Shown: positions 34,869 through 41,408 of the stretch, piece after piece
Position numbering within the stretch: the stretch's first letter is position 1
How the letters are laid out: every line of letters starts with the position of its first letter
Origin: Bacteroidales bacterium
Lineage (GTDB): Bacteria > Bacteroidota > Bacteroidia > Bacteroidales > BM520
Assembly: GCA_017538085.1 (NCBI GenBank)
Contig: JAFYJP010000195.1
Coordinates: 1 to 41,408, forward strand
Reading direction: 5' to 3'
DNA length: 41,408 bases
Position numbers and translations under genes: made by a program
The notes under the pieces: generated by a model
Told to the model about the DNA's origin: nothing
Databases searched by the model: none
What the model saw: the letters and a program-made list of their open reading frames with translations, nothing else

Positions 34869-35600
34869 ATGGAAGGGACTGAAATTCAATACAATCTGAC
34901 GCAAACGATAATCATTATAATCGTTGTCACACTGATTCTTTTGCTCATACTGAGGCTGCTGAAATACATATTCCCGCTGCTTCCGCGTAAAGAACGCACC
35001 AGAGAATGGATAAAAAAGAATTTCGTTTATGCCGAAAGTTTCATTTGGATGATTTACCTCGCCATCATCATTCCCTACCTGCACAAGACCAACATCATTT
35101 TTGAAATAGTTGCAGTCTCCATCATCCTGATTGTAATCATATTGATAGGATATTATTTCGGAAGGGATTTCTTTGCTGGAATTGTTTTCAAGTTTGCCTA
35201 TAAAATAAAGGAAGGAGACTTCATACAATACAATGACACTGTCGGGAAAGTCAAGAAACTCGGAATACAGAACATAGAAATGGAATCAGATGACAACCGA
35301 CTGATATTCATTCCATACACATCAGCCAAACGCGGTATCTTCAGCAAGATATTCAACAATGAACAAAGTCTGACCTGCACTTTTTCATTCACCATTGACT
35401 CTCCAGCCGTTAGCAAGGAAACGATTTCCTCAATCAAAACGTATCTGTTATCCCACCCTTCTGTCTCCACGCAATATGAACCGGTAATAAAATTCAATCA
35501 GGACGAAAACATGAAGACTTTGGCAACTATCTCATTTACAACGCTTGACGAATCAATGGATGACACCATAATAGAAAATGTTAAAAACAAATTCAAATAA
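34869..35600 (+). CDS. Small-conductance mechanosensitive channel (MscS)-like protein
   Basis: Three TM helices, then RDFFAGI......IKEGDFIQ....GKVKKLG...IEME.DD..LIFIP, which matches the MscS TM3b/beta-domain pattern. Confidence 0.78.
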   Translation: MEGTEIQYNLTQTIIIIIVVTLILLLILRLLKYIFPLLPRKERTREWIKKNFVYAESFIWMIYLAIIIPYLHKTNIIFEIVAVSIILIVIILIGYYFGRDFFAGIVFKFAYKIKEGDFIQYNDTVGKVKKLGIQNIEMESDDNRLIFIPYTSAKRGIFSKIFNNEQSLTCTFSFTIDSPAVSKETISSIKTYLLSHPSVSTQYEPVIKFNQDENMKTLATISFTTLDESMDDTIIENVKNKFK

Positions 35601-35689
35601 TTCCGGTTTACAAAACATATTAGCACGATTTTTGAGAAAAGGATTTACAAAGACAAGATAATATTAACAATTAATCTATTTATATCATT

Positions 35690-36664
35690 ATGAAAAGAAT
35701 CGCTTTATTAGTATCGGTGTTGATTTTTTCAACATTTATGGTATCAGCACAATCAATTAACGATGCAGGTGCAAAATTCAACGAAGCCAATGAATCTTTC
35801 AAAGCTAAAGATTACGCCAAAGCAATAGAGAGTTATACTGAAGCTCTGAACATGTGTGAAGCTCTCGGTGAAGAAGGGGCAGAATTGGGAGAAAAAATCA
35901 AGAAACAGATTCCAAACGCATACGTGAATCAAGGTAAAACTCAAATGCAGAACAAGGATCTTGACGGAGCAATCACCACTCTGACCACTGCAATATCAGA
36001 GGCACAGAAATACAATAATGAGAAGGCTGAGAAAAGTGCCAACAAACTCCTGAGCAATGCTTATCTTGTAAAGGCAGGCAACGCATATCAGGCAAAGGAC
36101 TTTGACAATGCCCTTGACATGTGCGGAAAAGCAATAGCGAGCAACGCAGCAGCCACAAAGGCATATCTTTATGAAACCCTCATATACAGCGAACAGAATG
36201 ATGAAGAAAAGATGATTGAAGCTGCCAACCTGACAATCAAATATGCAATGGCATCCAAAGAACCAGATGAAAAAACAGCATCACAAGCCAAATCAACAGC
36301 TTACACATATTTCATCAACAAAGCTCAAGAAGCATTTGGAAAGAAGAAATATGCTGATGCCGTTACCGACCTTGACAAAGCATTACAATTCGACGAACAA
36401 AGTCAGACTGCCTTTTACCTCAAAGCTTCCAGCCTCAACTTCCAAGGGAAACACGATGATGCCATTGCAACAGCACTGCTCGGTCTCGAAGCTCCGGACA
36501 ACGACCACACACAGTTCCTCGGCATCAACCTCGAACTTGCAAGGGCTTACGAAGCTAAAGGTGACACCGAAAACGCTTGCAAATACTACAAGATTGCTGC
36601 ACAGTCACCTAACTTCAAAGCTGAAGCTGAAGGAAAAATGAAAGATGTTCTCAAATGCAACTAA
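35690..36664 (+). CDS. Exported tetratricopeptide repeat protein
   Basis: Signal peptide ending VSA-Q; TPR units (KDYAKAIESYTEAL, KDFDNAL, KKYADAVTDLDKAL). Confidence 0.85.
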   Translation: MKRIALLVSVLIFSTFMVSAQSINDAGAKFNEANESFKAKDYAKAIESYTEALNMCEALGEEGAELGEKIKKQIPNAYVNQGKTQMQNKDLDGAITTLTTAISEAQKYNNEKAEKSANKLLSNAYLVKAGNAYQAKDFDNALDMCGKAIASNAAATKAYLYETLIYSEQNDEEKMIEAANLTIKYAMASKEPDEKTASQAKSTAYTYFINKAQEAFGKKKYADAVTDLDKALQFDEQSQTAFYLKASSLNFQGKHDDAIATALLGLEAPDNDHTQFLGINLELARAYEAKGDTENACKYYKIAAQSPNFKAEAEGKMKDVLKCN

Positions 36665-36683
36665 CATATTATCAAAGGAATAA

Positions 36684-37214
36684 ATGCGCAAGCTTTTAAA
36701 TTCCGAACTGAACCGAATCGATATTAAAACCTTCAAAAGTGCCGAGAAGACTCCTGTCGCAGTAGTCCTCGACAACATAAGAAGCCTCAATAATATCGGT
36801 TCGGTTTTTCGTTCGTCAGATGCCTTCCTTATTTCAAAAGTATATCTGTGCGGCATCACCTGCTGTCCGCCTCACCGCGATATCCAGAAGACAGCATTAG
36901 GGGCAACGGAATCAGTGGATTGGGAATATTTCCCCACTACCGTTGAGTGCATAAAAAAACTCAAATCAGAAGGCGCCTTGATAGCTTCCATTGAACAAAC
37001 CGATGAAAGTGTAACCCTGCAAGATTTCACCCCCGACAGGGACAGGCTTACTGCCGTGGTCATGGGCAACGAAGTAAAAGGTGTTGAAGATGAGGTAATC
37101 GACCTCTCTGATGTCTGCATCGAAATACCTCAAGCCGGCACGAAACATTCACTGAACGTTGCAGTCTGCACCGGCATCGTTCTGTACGATTTGTACAATA
37201 AATTGAAAGTCTGA
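36684..37214 (+). CDS. TrmH/SpoU family RNA methyltransferase
   Basis: VVLDNIRSLNNIGSVFRSSDAF, KTALGA, GNEVKGV, IEIPQ.GTKHSLNV. Confidence 0.93.
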   Translation: MRKLLNSELNRIDIKTFKSAEKTPVAVVLDNIRSLNNIGSVFRSSDAFLISKVYLCGITCCPPHRDIQKTALGATESVDWEYFPTTVECIKKLKSEGALIASIEQTDESVTLQDFTPDRDRLTAVVMGNEVKGVEDEVIDLSDVCIEIPQAGTKHSLNVAVCTGIVLYDLYNKLKV

Positions 37215-37234
37215 CACAAAAAGTCTGACACAAA
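37207..37234 (+). repeat. Perfect 14-bp tandem duplication spanning the TrmH stop codon
   Basis: AAGTCTGACACAAA twice in tandem. Confidence 0.85.
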
Positions 37235-37251
37235 TTGAACAACTAACTTTC

Positions 37252-37295
37252 AAAAAAAGAGAGGGTGACTAAAAAGTAGTCATCCTCTTTTTTTT
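37252..37295. terminator. Bidirectional intrinsic terminator (TrmH / tRNA-Pro)
   Basis: A-tract, GAGGGTGACTA-aaaag-TAGTCATCCTC stem, then T-tract. Confidence 0.85.
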
Positions 37296-37301
37296 GTACA
37301 G

Positions 37302-37375
37302 TCGGGATGAGAGGACTTGAACCTCCGGCCTCTTCGTCCCGAACGAAGCGCGCTAGCCAACTGCGCCACATCCCG
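37302..37375 (-). tRNA. tRNA-Pro (CGG)
   Basis: The reverse complement reads CGGGATG TGGCGCAGTTGGCTAGCGC G CTTCG-TTCGGGA-CGAAG AGGCC GGAGG TTCAAGT CCTCT CATCCCG A. Confidence 0.95.
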
Positions 37376-37388
37376 ATTATTTACGCTG

Positions 37389-37396
37389 CAAAATTA
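37389..37396 (-). promoter_or_regulatory. -7 promoter element for tRNA-Pro
   Basis: The reverse complement reads TAATTTTG(C), 13 nt upstream of the tRNA. Confidence 0.65.
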
Positions 37397-37435
37397 CTCT
37401 TTTTTTTCATTTATATCCATTTCATTTTTTATTTT

Positions 37436-37460
37436 TGTAACCAATTGAAAAAATTGCGTC
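37436..37460 (+). promoter_or_regulatory. ECF-type promoter, probably autoregulatory
   Basis: TGTAAC-N15-CGTC directly upstream of the ECF sigma ATG; AAC and CGT are the typical ECF -35 and -10 cores. Confidence 0.65.
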
Positions 37461-37468
37461 AAAAGGTA

Positions 37469-38011
37469 ATGGACAGTATTAATGAAAACGATATAATTGA
37501 AAGAATAATCGGCGGCGACACCGAAGCTTTCTCATATATAGTTGACAAATATAAAGATATGGTTTTCAATATTGTACACAAGATTATCCCAGACTGTCAG
37601 GACGCTGAGGACATCACCCAAGACGTATTCATCAAGGTGTTCCAGAAACTTGACAGTTTCAAATCCAAGTCGAAACTGACGACCTGGATTTACACTATAG
37701 CATACAACGAAGCCATAAGCGCAACTCGCAAAAAGACACATGATTTCATCGCAATACCAGACAACTTTGAAATTAAGGACAATGACCCAGTTGAAGAAGT
37801 CACATATTCCGATGAACTGCTTGAAATTCTGAAAAAGGAAATGGAAAATCTCGACCCACTCGACAACCTGATCCTTACTCTTTACTACAACATGGAAAAC
37901 TCTATTGAAGAAATAGCTGAAATCACAGGACTGACCCAGGCCAATGTGAAAGTCAAACTCTTCAGGACCAGAAAAAAACTATTGAATAAATTAAAAGATA
38001 AAACTCATTAA
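37469..38011 (+). CDS. ECF RNA polymerase sigma-70 factor
   Basis: GDTEAFSYIV, DAEDITQDVFIK, KLTTWIYTIAYN, SIEEIAEITG....VKVKLFRTRKKL. The start is the ATG at 37469. Confidence 0.93.
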   Translation: MDSINENDIIERIIGGDTEAFSYIVDKYKDMVFNIVHKIIPDCQDAEDITQDVFIKVFQKLDSFKSKSKLTTWIYTIAYNEAISATRKKTHDFIAIPDNFEIKDNDPVEEVTYSDELLEILKKEMENLDPLDNLILTLYYNMENSIEEIAEITGLTQANVKVKLFRTRKKLLNKLKDKTH

Positions 38012-38013
38012 AA

Positions 38014-38418
38014 ATGCAGAACGACATAAATAACAATACTGAGAAAGATTCATTAAAAGAATTCTTTCAACATATTGAACTTAAAAAACTGCCTGACAGT
38101 TTCACCGACAATGTCATGCAAAAAGTCAGAGAGGAGGAAAGTCTGTCTGTAAACCGTAATAAATCATTACTCGTTTTGTTATTGGTTTCAGCCGTCATGT
38201 CACTGTTACCTGTAATCGTTCTTGTTATCATCTTTCATACAAACATAGCCTCATTTTTCACTTCGTTGGCTATAAACATGTTAACGCAAATATCAAAGCT
38301 TCTAAGACCTAATTTTCTAATCCCGTTCATATATATATCGGGCATTGTCATTAGTGGTATGTTGCTCTACTCCATTCTGAAGTATTTGAATTATTCGAAC
38401 AGAGAAAGCACAGTCTGA
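38014..38418 (+). CDS. Putative membrane anti-sigma factor
   Basis: Starts 2 nt after the ECF sigma; short cytoplasmic N-terminus with PDSFTDNVM, then 2-3 hydrophobic helices. Confidence 0.6.
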   Translation: MQNDINNNTEKDSLKEFFQHIELKKLPDSFTDNVMQKVREEESLSVNRNKSLLVLLLVSAVMSLLPVIVLVIIFHTNIASFFTSLAINMLTQISKLLRPNFLIPFIYISGIVISGMLLYSILKYLNYSNRESTV

Positions 38419-38452
38419 CCTTTGTATGGGTACATCTGAAACCTGCCACGAC

Positions 38453-39604
38453 TCATATACGTGTTATGCCCATAGGCCATTCATGCGAAATGATATCTAA
38501 CATGTAACGATAATCCCCATCATTATTCACAAAATCAAGAGAACTGGTATTTACAATTACTATTCTCTTTCCGCTTTCCTGACGGAAATAATCAAGATAC
38601 CCATCCTGTATCGACTGCAGATAGTCATCGGATATGTTACGTTCATAGCTGCGGCCGCGTTTTCTGATGTTACTCTGCAAATTTTCAACCGGCAGATGAA
38701 GATATACCAACAAGTCGGGTTCCGGCAATTTTGTCTTTATGATATTGAACAGCACGGAATAAAGACGGAAGAGGTCGTCAGACAAAGTCTTTCCGGCAAA
38801 AATATAAGACTTGGACAAAAAATAATCCGATACCACAAGATTATGGAACAAGTCCATATTTATCAGATTATCAGTCAATTGTCTGTATCTCGCAGCAAGA
38901 AATGAGAGTTCCACAGGAAAAGCGTACTTATCTTTATCAGCATAAAACATTGGGAGAAACGGATTGTCGGCAAACTGTTCAAGAATCAATTTTGCATTGA
39001 GGTCTTTTGCAATACGAGTTGAAAGCGATGTTTTTCCTGCGCCTATGCAGCCTTCTATGGCAATATAAGAATAAATATGTTCGATATTATGCTGTAAATC
39101 AGCGCCATAATTATCGCGGTCTATTTTTTTGACTTTCAGTGAATCAGTGCATTCAAGATATAGCTGACGGACAGTTTTATGAAGTACTGGGTGCATGAAA
39201 TCAGGGATGATGTCATTAAGCGGTTCCAATACAAATCTGCGTTCAGTAAGCTGGTGATGGGGAATTTTCAGATACAGTTCATTTACGACCAATTCGCCGT
39301 ATAGGATTATATCCACATCAATTATTCTGTTTTCATACCTGCGGTCGAAAGTCTTCCTGCGTCCCATTTCAATCTCAACAGACTTGCATACGTGCAGAAT
39401 CTCAAAAGGCAGCAGGTCGGTGGTGTAAACTACCGCACGGTTATAGAACATTTTGTCGGTGTCATATCCCCAAGGTTCCGTTTCATATATGGCACCAATC
39501 AGCTTGGGTGAGCCGAAAAAAGCATTCAGGCGATGAATGGCAGTGCTTATATTTGATTCCCTGTCGCCGAGATTTGTTCCAATCATTAAAACTAAGTCTC
39601 TCAT
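38453..39604 (-). CDS. folK: FolK (HPPK) fused to a deoxynucleoside kinase domain
   Basis: IGTNLGDR, YETEPWG, RIIDVDIIL and IPH..L.ERRFVL.PL (HPPK); IAIEGCIGAGKT, NPFL..FY and RGRSYE (dNK). The start is the ATG at 39604. Confidence 0.9.
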   Translation of the reverse strand: MRDLVLMIGTNLGDRESNISTAIHRLNAFFGSPKLIGAIYETEPWGYDTDKMFYNRAVVYTTDLLPFEILHVCKSVEIEMGRRKTFDRRYENRIIDVDIILYGELVVNELYLKIPHHQLTERRFVLEPLNDIIPDFMHPVLHKTVRQLYLECTDSLKVKKIDRDNYGADLQHNIEHIYSYIAIEGCIGAGKTSLSTRIAKDLNAKLILEQFADNPFLPMFYADKDKYAFPVELSFLAARYRQLTDNLINMDLFHNLVVSDYFLSKSYIFAGKTLSDDLFRLYSVLFNIIKTKLPEPDLLVYLHLPVENLQSNIRKRGRSYERNISDDYLQSIQDGYLDYFRQESGKRIVIVNTSSLDFVNNDGDYRYMLDIISHEWPMGITRI

Positions 39605-39658
39605 TTTCAAAAAAATTCTTTTACGGAAATATTTTAGCAATATTACAAAAAAAATATA

Positions 39659-39666
39659 TATCTTTG
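39659..39666 (+). promoter_or_regulatory. -7 promoter element for sppA
   Basis: TATCTTTG, 45 nt upstream of the ATG at 39712. Confidence 0.55.
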
Positions 39667-39711
39667 TGGTTTGAATCATAACTTTATAAACAAAAAAATA
39701 GTATTTTTATT

Positions 39712-41408
39712 ATGAAAGGATTTTGGAAGTATGTTCTTGCTACGATAGTTGGAATAATCATTTTGTGTATTATCTCCACTATAATGTTCTCACTCATAGC
39801 ATCGTCCGCGATGAAAAGAAGCAACAAGGGAGCAGAAGTCAAGCCGAATTCAGTGCTATATCTCAATTTCGACAAGACGATGTATGACAAAGCCCCATCA
39901 GACATTATGTCCATTCTCAACAGCAAATCCCAAGACATACAAGGCATGAACACTATCCTTGAATGCATTGAAAAAGCCGGAAGAGATTCAAATATAGACG
40001 GAATATTTATAGAAACGCTGACCTTCAACGGAGGTATCGCATTAAACGAGGAAATCAGGGAAGCACTTCTGAAGTTCAAGAAGGACCATCCTGAAAAGTT
40101 CATTGTTACCTACTCGAAATCAATGACAACAAGCGCATACTATCTTGCAAGCGTATCTGACAAGATTTTCCTGAACCCGGCAGGGTCAATAACCTTCCAA
40201 GGGCTGAGCGCATCAATAATGTTTTACAAGAACCTTCTTGATAAATATGATATAGAAGTTAATGTCTTCCGTCCTGAAGGATGCAAGTTCAAAAGCGCTG
40301 TGGAGCCTTATATCTTGGACAAAATGAGCGATGCCAACAAAGAACAGATGAACAGATATGTCTTCAACATCTGGAACAGGATGGTTAACGGCATCTCCGC
40401 CCAACGCAACATTTCCCCGGAAAAGCTCAATGAAATAGCCGACAACCTGCTTATAGGCAATGCCGAGAATGCAAAGCAATACGGATTAATTGACGAGGTT
40501 GCGCCATACGATGTGGCAATCGATTATATGAAAACTCTCACATCAACCGAATCTGACAAGAAACTCAAAATGGTAAATGTTGAAAACTACAAAAACAATG
40601 ATGTAGATGATGGAAAGAGTTTCACAAAAGACAGAATAGCAGTCATTTATGCTATCGGTCAAATCTCAGATGGCAAAGGAACCGACACACAGATTGGGGA
40701 TCAGACACTGGTGAAGTCAATAAGAAAAGCCCGTGAAGACAAGAATATCAAAGCTGTCGTTTTTAGGGTAAACAGTCCTGGTGGCAGTGCACTTGCGTCA
40801 GAAGTCATTCTCAGAGAGATAGAACTCCTCAAGAAGGAAAAACCTGTTGTAGCATCATACGGAAATTACGCAGCATCAGGCGGATATTATATTTCCTGTC
40901 TCTGTGACAAGATTATTTGCAACCCATATTGCCTTACCGGCTCCATCGGCGTTTTCGGCATGTTCCCGAACTTCCAGAATTTCCTCAACAAAAGAATCGG
41001 TATAACCACCGACAATGTTCAGACCAACAAGAACGCCATGGGTGTAAACCTGATGAATGAACTGACTGATGACACCAAGAACTATTGGAGCAATCAGGTC
41101 AACGACATATACAAGACATTCATAGGCCACGTTTCAGAAGGCCGCAATATGACCACCACGGCAGTTGATTCCATCGGCCAAGGAAGAGTTTGGACCGGCG
41201 ATGATGCCATAAACATAGGACTTGTTGATGAACTTGGTGGTTTAAACAGAGCTATTGAGGTTGCTGCCGAAATGGCAAAGATTGACAATTACAGAATCAC
41301 CAATTTCCCAAAAGAGAAAGATATGACCGCCATATTTGCAGAGTTAATCTCCAACAACTCTGATGACGAAATATTTTTAACTTCATCACAACTTGGCATA
41401 CTTTTTGA
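39712..41408 (+). CDS. sppA: Signal peptide peptidase SppA (long form), truncated by the window end
   Basis: Not in the ORF track because it has no stop. Manual translation gives MKGFWKYVLAT..., YYLASVSD, FKSAVEPY, RVNSPGGSALASE, AASGGYYIS, TGSIGVFG and QGRVWTG. The frame is open to the end. Confidence 0.92.
   Translation, partial: MKGFWKYVLATIVGIIILCIISTIMFSLIASSAMKRSNKGAEVKPNSVLYLNFDKTMYDKAPSDIMSILNSKSQDIQGMNTILECIEKAGRDSNIDGIFIETLTFNGGIALNEEIREALLKFKKDHPEKFIVTYSKSMTTSAYYLASVSDKIFLNPAGSITFQGLSASIMFYKNLLDKYDIEVNVFRPEGCKFKSAVEPYILDKMSDANKEQMNRYVFNIWNRMVNGISAQRNISPEKLNEIADNLLIGNAENAKQYGLIDEVAPYDVAIDYMKTLTSTESDKKLKMVNVENYKNNDVDDGKSFTKDRIAVIYAIGQISDGKGTDTQIGDQTLVKSIRKAREDKNIKAVVFRVNSPGGSALASEVILREIELLKKEKPVVASYGNYAASGGYYISCLCDKIICNPYCLTGSIGVFGMFPNFQNFLNKRIGITTDNVQTNKNAMGVNLMNELTDDTKNYWSNQVNDIYKTFIGHVSEGRNMTTTAVDSIGQGRVWTGDDAINIGLVDELGGLNRAIEVAAEMAKIDNYRITNFPKEKDMTAIFAELISNNSDDEIFLTSSQLGILF

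Noticed and set aside
37307-37468. 54-aa N-terminal extension of the ECF sigma in the ORF track
   Set aside because: It is the antisense of tRNA-Pro plus intergenic sequence; the sigma homology and the promoter point to the ATG at 37469.
38453-39604. FolK-deoxynucleoside kinase fusion as a novelty
   Set aside because: This fusion is already familiar in Bacteroidota, so it is listed as a feature only.
39605-39679. N-terminal extension of folK
   Set aside because: It is AT-rich intergenic sequence containing the sppA promoter; HPPK homology starts at the ATG at 39604.
1-41408. CRISPR arrays, IS elements, prophage genes, rRNA, riboswitches
   Set aside because: I saw no spaced repeats, transposase or phage motifs. 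Intergenic regions are short and AT-rich, with no recognisable aptamer.

Overview
A roughly 40% GC chromosomal segment from a Bacteroidota organism, probably Bacteroidales (TAnnTTTG -7 promoters, T9SS C-terminal domains, typical gene order). Most of it is housekeeping: coaX, two tRNA-Leu, glmM, aroE, nusB, DUF3276, parA-parB-DUF5683-dapB-lepB, class 3 fbp, WbqC, a 7TM-HD phosphodiesterase, NlpC/P60, TrmH, tRNA-Pro, an ECF sigma/anti-sigma pair, a folK-dNK fusion and a partial sppA. Secreted or accessory genes include a multidomain T9SS surface protein, two tandem C10 cysteine proteases with CUB domains coupled to an exported thioredoxin, and an Oar-like TonB-dependent receptor. The most unusual element is a tight three-gene operon at 29070-35600. 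It encodes a putative outer-membrane beta-barrel, a 1679-aa cation-chloride-cotransporter (SLC12/CCC)-like permease fused to a long helical region, a STAND/AAA+-like P-loop NTPase and a winged helix, and a short MscS-like channel. Also notable is a ParB with substitutions in both CTPase motifs. I saw no CRISPR array, rRNA, integrase or transposase. All calls come from motif recognition by eye; no database searches were run.
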